A DNA stretch of 64,000 nucleotides from a virus. Below the pieces are notes generated by a model. The model saw only the letters and a program-made list of their open reading frames with translations, was not told the DNA's origin and did not search any database. This document shows, in pieces, positions 45,429 through 53,993 of the stretch. Position 1 is the first letter of the stretch. Each line of letters opens with the position of its first letter. Both the position numbers and the translations under genes were made by a program. The stretch is taken from the IMG/VR virus record IMGVR_UViG_3300042934_000822, positions 16,909 through 80,908 of that record; one strand, 5' to 3'.

Positions 45429-45519
45429 TTTGGTGTATCCGGCTGATATTGAGCCTAGATTCTAAGCGGCCTCGGCTACATTTTCAACTCTTAATGTAAT
45501 CTGAGATTACATATAGATG

Positions 45520-45945
45520 TTATTGAGGCGTCCAGGACGACGCCTGGGAGGCCACAGCTCGGCTAGCCGTCAGCCTGGCGCCGCGTCTAATCAGAGCGCT
45601 CGCTCCTCGATTCTCGGCGTTCCGGGCGCAGGCCACCTCGAACGGTCGTACGTCTTGCCGGCGCGAAAGGCTGTACTCACCAGCGATCGTGCGCACCTGG
45701 CGCTGGTATCCCGCTCCAACGACCTCCAAGGCTGCGCTGTCGACTACTAGGACGTCCCGACTCGCCCGCAACATGCCCTGCAGGCCGGTTTCGATGCCCT
45801 TGAGGGTTACCCTTTGACGCTGGGGACGATCATCGCCAGGCACCTGGCTCACCGAACTCAGCAGGAGGCGTTCATCCCCGCTCGGCAGAACGCCCATTAC
45901 AAATTTATTGTCAGCCCGAAACGCCACGAACGCCGCTGCATCCAT
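45520..45945 (-). CDS. Hypothetical protein
   Basis: Likely ATG 45945 after AAGGA; downstream of a 17-bp operator-like site. Confidence 0.5.
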   Translation of the reverse strand: MDAAAFVAFRADNKFVMGVLPSGDERLLLSSVSQVPGDDRPQRQRVTLKGIETGLQGMLRASRDVLVVDSAALEVVGAGYQRQVRTIAGEYSLSRRQDVRPFEVACARNAENRGASALIRRGARLTASRAVASQASSWTPQ

Positions 45946-46032
45946 GATTTCGTTCCTTGGGTATGCGTAGCACATGAACTGCATGATCCAACCCCTCGCT
46001 CGGATGTGACGAAACCGGCAATTTGCCACTAA

Positions 46033-46049
46033 AAAACTATCCGCGTACA
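46033..46049. promoter_or_regulatory. 17-bp asymmetric operator-like site AAAACTATCCGCGTACA
   Basis: Identical copies at 53035 and 53097. Confidence 0.6.
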
Positions 46050-46187
46050 TAATTCGGACGAAAAAACCGTGTTTTGGATCCTGAAAACGGCCTTCGAGCG
46101 ATTTTATGGGTTGGCCGATCGCGTCTGGGGCGGCTCAACCAAAGGCCGCGATTCAGCCAATGCGCTGGCGCTCCTGCGCCACCTGCC

Positions 46188-47744
46188 TCACTGCAGGTTG
46201 GCCAGCGCCGCCATTGCCTTCTGCAAGGCACTCTCGCGCTTATCCTGCACCAGGTTCTCGCTCTCACCCCGGGCAGGGATGTAGTCGACCTCCTCGAGGT
46301 AGGCCATGGCCACGGTATCGAATAGGTCAGGGGACGAGAGGTTCTCTGCTGCCATGTCCTGCTTACGAGCGATGTGGTACCTGCCAAGCTCGTCCAGGTG
46401 GTAGGGCATCCGGCTAGCCTGGTCGAGTAGATCCTTCTGGTACTTGGCGATGAAGCGCACGGCGCCATCCTTGATGGCTTCAATGGCGTGCACGGTCGAC
46501 TGCGCGCGCTGGTTGAGGAAGCGCTTGCGGTACTCGTTTGAGAAGGGTCTTTCGCCCCAGCGCACGCCTTTGAAGCTGATCCCGCCGCCGTCCAGCTCCA
46601 TCATGCGCTTGAGGAACTGGTTACCCATGCCGTTGGTATCGACCACGATGGTGACGTTGCTGAACGCCGCAGCGTAATCCAGCACCTTGCGCGCCACCGG
46701 GGTCCAGTCCTCAGTGCTGGTGTACACAGGCACGTCGACCACTTCTACGCGGCGCCGATCCTGCATCATGCGGTCACCGTTGCCGATGACCTTGAAGTGG
46801 GTGGCCACCGTTTTGTCCCGTCCCACGCCAGCGGCGACGTCGACCACGATGACGTGCCCATAGGCTTCGCCGTCCAGAATGACGCGCGGCCCCTCGATGA
46901 CACGCTCGATCGCCGCGCGACTGATCAGGTATTTGCTCGAATGGGTCGGGAACATACCCCGGACCTTGATCTGGTACTCAGGGTCGTCCCGGCCGCCGTA
47001 TTGGATGACCTTCGCCTTGATGAAAGGCAGGTCAACCAGCGGGCTGTCCTCGGAACTGAACGTCAGCGCAGTCCACTCGCCGCCCTGCTCCTTGCTCAAG
47101 TTGTGGTGAGTGTCCCGGAAGAACCCACTGTCACGGGTAGGCTGGGACGCCATGATGAAGCGGTTACGCTTGTCGGTCAGTGCGCCGCCGATCACACCGA
47201 AGTTGGCGTCAGGGATACCAGACGCCTCGTCCGCCATCCACAACAGGTAACGCTCATGGGTACCGGCCAGGTTCTCAGGGGAGCCGCGCGGCGCTGTACG
47301 GGTGGTGATGAACCAGGTAGCCGACTTTGTGTTGATGTACACCTTCTCGGCCTGGATGGTGACGTAGTCAGCGATCCACGCGTGCGGACCCTTCCTGATC
47401 TCCGTCAGCAAGTTCGTCATTTCCTTCCACACACCCTCACGCACCGTTTTGAGCTTGGGCGCGGTGATGTAGGTGTTGGAGTTGGGGTAGCAGAACAGAT
47501 GCCAGAAGCCAACCACGCCGAATGAGCGCGTCTTACCGGTACCGTGCCCGGATGCCACGGACACTCGGGCGCCGAACAGACTGGTTTCGTCGAACAGGTC
47601 TTTCTGCTGGTGGGTGACGTCCATGCCGCACACCTCTACCGCGAAGGCGTAGATATCGGCCGCATAGCGTTCTATGAACTCGAGGTGGCGCGGATCCGCG
47701 TCGATAGCGATCTGCTCAACCTTTTGTCTGGATGATATGGCCAT
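46188..47744 (-). CDS. terL: Terminase large subunit (P1 PacB-like)
   Basis: Walker A ASGHGTGKT, Walker B WMADEASG, nuclease VVDVA / VVDTNG / SPDLFD. Confidence 0.93.
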   Translation of the reverse strand: MAISSRQKVEQIAIDADPRHLEFIERYAADIYAFAVEVCGMDVTHQQKDLFDETSLFGARVSVASGHGTGKTRSFGVVGFWHLFCYPNSNTYITAPKLKTVREGVWKEMTNLLTEIRKGPHAWIADYVTIQAEKVYINTKSATWFITTRTAPRGSPENLAGTHERYLLWMADEASGIPDANFGVIGGALTDKRNRFIMASQPTRDSGFFRDTHHNLSKEQGGEWTALTFSSEDSPLVDLPFIKAKVIQYGGRDDPEYQIKVRGMFPTHSSKYLISRAAIERVIEGPRVILDGEAYGHVIVVDVAAGVGRDKTVATHFKVIGNGDRMMQDRRRVEVVDVPVYTSTEDWTPVARKVLDYAAAFSNVTIVVDTNGMGNQFLKRMMELDGGGISFKGVRWGERPFSNEYRKRFLNQRAQSTVHAIEAIKDGAVRFIAKYQKDLLDQASRMPYHLDELGRYHIARKQDMAAENLSSPDLFDTVAMAYLEEVDYIPARGESENLVQDKRESALQKAMAALANLQ

Positions 47745-47810
47745 GCTTTTCCTTACGCCCTGGGGCGGGGATTGATCAGCGCCCCACTGTACGGGGCGTT
47801 TGGGAGGGCT

Positions 47811-48650
47811 TTAGCGCAGGGTTTGCCCCAGCGGGGTGTCCTGCAGCAGGGAGGCCAGGTAACCGGCCTCCCTGCTCGTCAGCGGCTTGCCGGCGACCAG
47901 CTCGACGAAGGCACGCACCTGGGCCTGCAGAGGGGGCAGCTGCTGCGGGTTTGCCGGTGGCTTGTCGGCGGCCGGCCTGAAAAAGTCCAGCAGGAAAGTT
48001 GCTGGGCCTGCTGGCGCGGACGTGAACTCAAGATCGAGGACGGGCCAATCTTGGGCACATGCGTTTGCCATGAGGGCCTTGGGCACATGCAGGTCACAGG
48101 CGACGATCAATCCAGTCCCGGGGTGGACCAGGCCAGCCAACAGCGCCGCCAGGCAATTGGCCGGCAGCGTGTCGCCCGCCTCAAACAGCCATAGCAGGTT
48201 GTCGCCGCCATAGCTGGCCAGCTGCTCGGGCGTCTTCGCCGATACCTTGCGCAGGATGATCTGGCTGTCCTTGTCCACGAACCAACCGCTGGCACGGTGC
48301 TTGACGGCCCGCGCCAGCCAGTAGAAACGCCCTTGCTGCATGCAGGCGAGCAACGTCTTGATGGCGAGATTAGTTTGACAGGCGCTGGCTGTGGGCGAGC
48401 CGATCAAGACGGTGGAGCGCTGGCGGGTGGCGACCTGCCAAAGCGCAATCACCGCCAGTAGGCGCGCCTGGCGCTCTGGACTGCCTACGTTGTGCATCAC
48501 CAGCCGGCGCATGCCCTGCTTGAGTGCCTTGGCTGCCTCGCTGAGCTTGCTACCAGGCTCAATGGCGCAGACCTCAATCATGAAGGCCGGCAGGTCGTTG
48601 TGGTAGCGCTCTGCGAAGGCTTGCCAACGCAGATCATCGTACAGGCTCAT
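47811..48650 (-). CDS. Degenerate paralog of the TerL ATPase domain (Walker motifs lost)
   Basis: ERYHNDLPAFMIEVC vs TerL ERYAADIYAFAVEVC; TPEQLASYGGDNLLWLFEAGDTLP vs SPENLAGTHERYLLWMADEASGIP. Confidence 0.7.
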   Translation of the reverse strand: MSLYDDLRWQAFAERYHNDLPAFMIEVCAIEPGSKLSEAAKALKQGMRRLVMHNVGSPERQARLLAVIALWQVATRQRSTVLIGSPTASACQTNLAIKTLLACMQQGRFYWLARAVKHRASGWFVDKDSQIILRKVSAKTPEQLASYGGDNLLWLFEAGDTLPANCLAALLAGLVHPGTGLIVACDLHVPKALMANACAQDWPVLDLEFTSAPAGPATFLLDFFRPAADKPPANPQQLPPLQAQVRAFVELVAGKPLTSREAGYLASLLQDTPLGQTLR

Positions 48651-49234
48651 CGTCCAGCTCCTGCGCCCTGATGGCGTTCACGATCGGCAATCAGCAGCGC
48701 CACGGCCTTGGTGATGGACTCGGTGGCGTCGCAGCGCTTCATGGGGCTGTTTGGCCATGGCCAGAACCTCTGGAAGGCAAAGGCTTGAACGCCTGCGGCC
48801 TGGAACACGTAGCACCCGGCCGCGCGGATCAGCTCGTGTTTGGTGTACTGCATATCCCAGCCGAGGGAGAACCCTTCCATGGTCTGTTGGCGCTGGCGCT
48901 CCATGACCATGGCCATGGCCGTCGGGCTGGCGCCAGGCACGTTGGCGAACAGTGGCATGGGCGCCTGCCACCCTTGGCGTACCTTAGCCTCCCAGTCGGG
49001 CGAGCCAGGGCCGGTCGGGCGCGAATAGACCACGCTGTGTGGCTTGTTGGCGCGGCGTGTAGCCCAGACGACGGGCGTGATGCCGGCGTCGCCCAGGGGC
49101 TTGGCCACGCTGAGCCATACCTGGTAGGTCGCCTGGGTTGCGGGGTTACAGTACCCATCACCATCCTGCTCGAGGTCGGTGATGCCGGCCTGCTGGCAGG
49201 AGTGTTCGAAGTCCGCGCGCTCCAGGAACATCAT
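48647..49234 (-). CDS. Hypothetical phage protein with a conserved ERQRQ...EG...ELIRAAGCY...WPW domain
   Basis: Domain common in phage early regions; ATGA overlaps on both sides. Confidence 0.65.
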   Translation of the reverse strand: MMFLERADFEHSCQQAGITDLEQDGDGYCNPATQATYQVWLSVAKPLGDAGITPVVWATRRANKPHSVVYSRPTGPGSPDWEAKVRQGWQAPMPLFANVPGASPTAMAMVMERQRQQTMEGFSLGWDMQYTKHELIRAAGCYVFQAAGVQAFAFQRFWPWPNSPMKRCDATESITKAVALLIADRERHQGAGAGR

Positions 49235-49455
49235 GCAACACCCGCCAGGGGCGATGCCTCGATGATCTGCCAGCGATCGGGCTTCAATTGCCGGCGCTCG
49301 AAGCACTCTACCGCGCCAGCTGGACTGCGCAGATACAGCTTCTCGCCAATCTCCAGCTCGACCTGGTGGCGTTCTTGGGTTTTCAGGTCCACTACGGCGA
49401 TCGACGGGCGATCGCGGGTGCTGCCTGCGTTGGTCAGAAATGGAGTCGTTTGCAT
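49231..49455 (-). CDS. Small hypothetical protein
   Basis: ATG 49455 (MQTTPFL...), translationally coupled. Confidence 0.55.
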   Translation of the reverse strand: MQTTPFLTNAGSTRDRPSIAVVDLKTQERHQVELEIGEKLYLRSPAGAVECFERRQLKPDRWQIIEASPLAGVA

Positions 49456-49457
49456 GG

Positions 49458-49631
49458 TCAAGGCATCTTCAAGGACAGTTGAGCGCGGGTGCACTCGTTG
49501 AAACCGTGCGGGAGGGCCTTGGTGGCCCGCTCGCAGTTGCGGCGCCCGCAGTCTTGGCAGTAGGTGTAGGCGGTAGGGCGGCCTCGGTGGCGCCATACGA
49601 CACGCGCACCGTCGCAATAACGGCACTGCAA
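49458..49631 (-). CDS. Small Zn-ribbon protein (not in the ORF track)
   Basis: GGAG RBS and TTG start; MQCRYCDG...YCQDCGRRNC...; fills the gap exactly. Confidence 0.55.
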   Translation of the reverse strand: MQCRYCDGARVVWRHRGRPTAYTYCQDCGRRNCERATKALPHGFNECTRAQLSLKMP

Positions 49632-49644
49632 TGGGTGCTCCCTC

Positions 49645-50427
49645 TTAATCCGCGTACTGGGGGAGACGCGAAGCCATCATCTGATCCGCGTAGGCCCACC
49701 GGCGGACAGCGAAGGCGGCCAGGTCCTCATCCTCGAGCATAAGGAGCGGGCAGTGGATGGCGAAGTCATCGCGCAGGTCCTGCAAGTGCTCGAGGTCCGC
49801 TGATTCCAGGCGCTTGCTGGCATCTTCCACACCTGCAGCGACTTGGGGCTTGTTGGTGTCGACAGCGTCAGACGTGGAGGTCGGGCAGGTGACCACTGTC
49901 TTATCCTGGCCGGCGCCATAGTCGATATGGGTTGGCGGCATTACCCCCACCGGTAGCACATGAAAGTTGCGCGGACCTGCACGCTTGCCTTCGTACCACG
50001 TCTCGAACGTAGCCTTCTCGCTGACCTCGACGTCGGCCGGCAGCTCAGGGTTGCTAAGCCGGCATGTGACGTTGACCTGGTGAGGCTCTACAGGCACGAC
50101 GACTACCGGTACAGCACAGACACCCTCAGCCACAGGCACCTTACTGGTGCGGCCGATCTGCCTGGCCAGCTGGCGCGAACGCTCGGCTGGCGACTTGGTG
50201 AAGTCCTCGATGACTGGACGCAGCGCTACTGGCGTCTTGATATGGCCACCTGCGCCCTTCTGAATCGGCGCCCAGCCGGCCGAGGTGCCCACGAACAGAA
50301 CCTGGTGCTCATTGCCCTTACGGACGCGGCACTTGTTGTCTGTCAGGTACTGGCGGAAGGCGGGCAGCTGCTCGAGCGTGAGCAGGCCGGTGTCGTTGGT
50401 CTTGATCATGGTCAGGGCACTGCTCAT
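49645..50427 (-). CDS. Hypothetical protein
   Basis: Coupled ORF ending DLRDDFA...WAYADQMMASR. Confidence 0.65.
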   Translation of the reverse strand: MSSALTMIKTNDTGLLTLEQLPAFRQYLTDNKCRVRKGNEHQVLFVGTSAGWAPIQKGAGGHIKTPVALRPVIEDFTKSPAERSRQLARQIGRTSKVPVAEGVCAVPVVVVPVEPHQVNVTCRLSNPELPADVEVSEKATFETWYEGKRAGPRNFHVLPVGVMPPTHIDYGAGQDKTVVTCPTSTSDAVDTNKPQVAAGVEDASKRLESADLEHLQDLRDDFAIHCPLLMLEDEDLAAFAVRRWAYADQMMASRLPQYAD

Positions 50428-50735
50428 TGAATCTGCTCCTGCGTGCTGGCGGCCACATACGGCCTCAGGTTGGCGGCGCGACCCGGGCGTCGGGTCGTCG
50501 TCTTCTCAGTTTTCAGGGCAATAGGCTTGACCCATAGCTGCCCCGTCTTGAACAAGTACAACTCCCACAAACCCAGCTTGATTTCGGCTTTCCCTTCCTC
50601 GTAGCTCTGCCAGGATCGGCGGCTGACGTGGATGAGCACGGCGCTTTCGCGCTGGCTCAAGCCTGCGTGCTTGCGGGAAGCGCGAATGGCTTCTGGGGCG
50701 GGTATCAAGCCGGCCACGGACGCTGTAGCGGTCAT
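50424..50735 (-). CDS. Small XRE-family HTH protein
   Basis: IRASRKHAGLSQRESAVLIHVSRRSWQSYEEG. Confidence 0.8.
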   Translation of the reverse strand: MTATASVAGLIPAPEAIRASRKHAGLSQRESAVLIHVSRRSWQSYEEGKAEIKLGLWELYLFKTGQLWVKPIALKTEKTTTRRPGRAANLRPYVAASTQEQIQ

Positions 50736-51814
50736 TCCAATTGTCCTTGTTCGATCAAGCGCCGGCGCTCTTGCATGGCCGCGCGCTCTCGCTCTGTCTT
50801 CTCTTGGGCGGCCGCGATACGGGCGTCCAGTTCTTCGGTGCTTGGGCCCTGCTGAACGACCACAGCCGGTTCGACGTGCAGGTCGAATATCTTGGCCACC
50901 AGCTCGCGGTAAGCCTTCTGGGAGCCAGCACGGACCTTGATGCCGTCCTTGGTCTCCTCAACACCCTCATACAGCGCCAGAGCGGCTGGGCTGTAATTGC
51001 GAGAGTCATGGAAGAAGGTGTACTGGTACCCCTCGCCGGCGCATTCCGGACACTCAGGGTGGGGAGGCTCGCGCTTGTCGTAACCCAGGCCACCAAGCTC
51101 ATCGAACGGTGGCAGGGTCTTGCCTTCCTTGGAGGCGTCCAGCGCGGCCGCATCGTACTCAGCGCGGCGCTCCTCCATTTCCCGGGGCGTGTGCTGATAC
51201 CGATGGTCAATGCCGTGGCAGTAGCGGCAGCACGCGCGGCGCAGCTCGGATAGCTCTCGAGCGTCGGCGAAGGCGGCGGCATGGATGACGCCGATGGTCT
51301 GGTTCTGCACGTCCGCCGTGCGCTTGAACATTTCGACCTGGCGCGCGGCGTAGTACGGGTGGCCCTTAACCTTTTTTAACAGCCTGCTGGCGCCTGCTGC
51401 TGCCACGTAATCGCTCTTGGCGGTGTAGCCCGCTTCACGGTACGCCCAGGTGGCGTTGTAGCTCGCCAGGTACAGGTCGACGAACAGAGCCATCTTGGGG
51501 CTCAGGCCGTGCAACTCCGCGAGCGCCAAGGCTTCCAGCTGTTTTTCAGAGAGCGGCACGGGATTTTTGACGACCGTCGTGCCTTGCTGACCAGGTGCGC
51601 CGCCGGCAGTGGCGGCCGAGGCTTTCGTGGCACCTGGTGCGGCGGATTTTCGAGCCTTTGCGGGGGCTTTCCCGGGTGCCTTTTTGCCGCCCGTTGCCGT
51701 GTTCACCTTAACAGCGGCAGCAGGACGGGGGGATTTAGCACCAGGCTTCCCCCTGGACGCGGATAGTTGATCCGCACCCTTTGCTTCACCGTCAGTCTTT
51801 GGGATTCGTGGCAT
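50732..51814 (-). CDS. terS: Terminase small subunit with a Cys4 Zn-binding insert
   Basis: LFVDLYL..NATWAYREAGY...ASRLLKKVK; CCRYCHG...CPECAG; LYEGVEETKDGIKV. Confidence 0.85.
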   Translation of the reverse strand: MPRIPKTDGEAKGADQLSASRGKPGAKSPRPAAAVKVNTATGGKKAPGKAPAKARKSAAPGATKASAATAGGAPGQQGTTVVKNPVPLSEKQLEALALAELHGLSPKMALFVDLYLASYNATWAYREAGYTAKSDYVAAAGASRLLKKVKGHPYYAARQVEMFKRTADVQNQTIGVIHAAAFADARELSELRRACCRYCHGIDHRYQHTPREMEERRAEYDAAALDASKEGKTLPPFDELGGLGYDKREPPHPECPECAGEGYQYTFFHDSRNYSPAALALYEGVEETKDGIKVRAGSQKAYRELVAKIFDLHVEPAVVVQQGPSTEELDARIAAAQEKTERERAAMQERRRLIEQGQLE

Positions 51815-51890
51815 GGCTACCTCAAGGCGCACTTTGTTCGATACTGGACGTGGTCAGAGGGCCAACTTCCTGCGCCTCCTGCACGCCTGT

Positions 51891-51912
51891 AAAAAAGCCC
51901 GCATGTGCGGGC
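51891..51912 (-). terminator. Rho-independent terminator
   Basis: aaaaaa-gcccgca-tg-tgcgggc. Confidence 0.7.
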
Positions 51913-52040
51913 CCTCTCACTTCTTCCTGATACAGGGCATGCAGGCTGGTACCCGCACACCACTTCCAGACTCGGGAACGTCTCTGGCCAGACGCGCAAT
52001 GCAGCCAACAGCCCCATCCCTACACGGTTATCCATGCTTC

Positions 52041-52115
52041 TGGTGTTTGAGGGCCGATTTGCACCCCTCACATGCCCTCTTTCCCAGGCATGCGGCTCTA
52101 CCGGTCAACAGCACC
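52041..52115 (-). ncRNA. Degenerate tRNA-like element (uncertain)
   Basis: 75 nt: GGTG...GGTAGAGC...GAGGG-GTGCAAATCGG-CCCTC-AAACACCA in a non-coding interval. Confidence 0.25.
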
Positions 52116-52296
52116 AGCAGGCCACCAACAACGAGCGACCGCGCAACGCACCCGTTAGGCGGGTCAGTCCTCACACAGCACTCACAACACTCACAGAACA
52201 CAGCAAGTCACGCCCGCGCCGGCCCCAGAAGGGGTTAGCCGCGGCTCCCACTGCATAAAGCAACGCTCTGGCTGAAAGCGTTCCTTTATGCGGTGA

Positions 52297-53064
52297 TCAT
52301 CCGAACAGCAGCAGCTGCCGAATCTTTTCCTTCATTACGTCCGGCGCGATCGCCACCGGCTCAACCTCGTCATGCGCCATCTGTTCGCGCTTCACCCGCT
52401 TGGAATGGTCTTGCATGGTCACATGAAGCTCGCCCACCAAACGGACCACCTTTGCGCCACCGCGCACGTCTTCAAACTCTGGCTGGCGACACATCACCTC
52501 GAGCGCGCCCATCAGGTCCACGACCTTGGTGGCCACCGTACCCAAAAGGACGCGGTCCAGACTGAACCCCTCGAGCATGATCGCGCTGCGGGTGGCCAGG
52601 GCCTGGACCATGTTCTGGAACTCGCCACTCACAGCCTCGGCCATCACGCCGCACAGCACCGCCTGGTTGCCTTCCTCGGGCGCGCGGCCTATGTCGTCGT
52701 GCAGGCCCATCAGGTAGTCGATCTGCACGCAGTAGAGCTTGGCCATGCGCCGCAGATTGTTGAGGCTTGGCGCGCGCCGGCTGTTCTCGAACAGGCTGAC
52801 CTGCGTCACGCCACGGTGTGCGAGCGCCACCCCGGCCGTGCTCTCGGTGAAACCCGCCAGCTTGCGAGCTTTGCGCAGGCGCGGACCCATGATTGCCATC
52901 AGTTCTGCTTCGGCTTGGCGCGCGACGTCGGACGGACTGGAACCCTCGCCCAGATCCTCGTTTTCACCAAAAAGGGACGCTGAGGAGTCAAAACCCCCCT
53001 TTTGACCCACTTTTTGAGCCCCATGGGCCTCTTGAAAACTATCCGCGTACAAATTCGCGTCCAT
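52297..53064 (-). CDS. XRE-family HTH transcriptional regulator (repressor candidate)
   Basis: LRKARKLAGFT...QVSLFENSRRAPSLNNLRRMAKLYCVQIDYLMGL; two 17-bp sites at its 5' end. Confidence 0.8.
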   Translation of the reverse strand: MDANLYADSFQEAHGAQKVGQKGGFDSSASLFGENEDLGEGSSPSDVARQAEAELMAIMGPRLRKARKLAGFTESTAGVALAHRGVTQVSLFENSRRAPSLNNLRRMAKLYCVQIDYLMGLHDDIGRAPEEGNQAVLCGVMAEAVSGEFQNMVQALATRSAIMLEGFSLDRVLLGTVATKVVDLMGALEVMCRQPEFEDVRGGAKVVRLVGELHVTMQDHSKRVKREQMAHDEVEPVAIAPDVMKEKIRQLLLFG

Positions 53065-53113
53065 GACTGCCTCCTGATGCGATTCGGGCCGGAGTAAAAA
53101 CTATCCGCGTACA
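53035..53113. promoter_or_regulatory. Two copies of the 17-bp operator-like site
   Basis: AAAACTATCCGCGTACA at 53035-53051 and 53097-53113. Confidence 0.65.
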
Positions 53114-53404
53114 CAAATCAAGGCATTGGCGTAATTCCTTCGCTATCGAAGTGAACTAAAGGCCAACATCCTGCGCCCCCTATGTATGCTGGGTTTGACG
53201 CATGCTTATCATTCGTGAAGGGATCTCAGGCGCGCGAATTCAGCCGCGCGCGTGGGTACGATCTACTGGTGTGGGGTTGGTGATGCCAGATTGCCAGCCT
53301 TCGCGACGGTATACGCCGCTGACTGGCGAGTAGTCCCACAATGACCGGATGGTTTGTGGGACGCCACCTGTATGGGCAACCAGGTGGCTCAAGAAGGAGT
53401 CAAA

Positions 53405-53935
53405 TCACTCGCGCACAAGCTCGATATCCCAACCGCCACCCTTGCTCTTGGGGACCGGATAGACCACGCGGAACGCAAACGGGTACTCCTGGGCTGCGAT
53501 CTTCATCTTTACCTTGGCGTCGTCCGTGTAGATGGCTTTGGCGCCCTTCACGTCGTGCATTTCCAGCGCCCCGTCCGCCAGCAGCAACATGAAGTCAGGG
53601 GTCAGGCTGGTTTGAGGCGCCAGCAGCAGCTTGCAGGGTTCGAAGCGCCACCACAGCACCTCCCCTGCCAGCTTGAGCTGGTCCAGGTACGCGGCATACC
53701 TGGTCTCGGTGTCGTTCATGGTGCCCTTGGCCAGCCTACCCTTTGCCTGCATGCGCTCGATGCTGGAGGGCTTGGCTTTGGTGGCGATCGCTGAGGGCGG
53801 TACTGCAGGTGGCGTCGTGGCTTGCCCGGGCTGAGCCGGTACCTTTGGCTTGGCGCCGGCGCGGCCTTGTTCACGGACCTTGTACCCAGGCGGCAAGCGC
53901 TGCAGGGCTTCTTCGGTCAACCATCGTTTGCTCAT
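53405..53935 (-). CDS. PD-(D/E)XK nuclease, DUF1064/resolvase-like
   Basis: MNDTETRYAAYL...TPDF...MHDVKG...KVKMK. Confidence 0.75.
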   Translation of the reverse strand: MSKRWLTEEALQRLPPGYKVREQGRAGAKPKVPAQPGQATTPPAVPPSAIATKAKPSSIERMQAKGRLAKGTMNDTETRYAAYLDQLKLAGEVLWWRFEPCKLLLAPQTSLTPDFMLLLADGALEMHDVKGAKAIYTDDAKVKMKIAAQEYPFAFRVVYPVPKSKGGGWDIELVRE

Positions 53936-53993
53936 GTGTTTGAGTCCTTTCAGGCTGGCCGGTCAGCCATCGACGTAGCTGTCCAACGATTAG

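Noticed and set aside
53120-53400. Intergenic region as a C4-like antisense RNA
   Set aside because: Only short GC-rich dyads; I could not identify a convincing fold or complementary target by eye.
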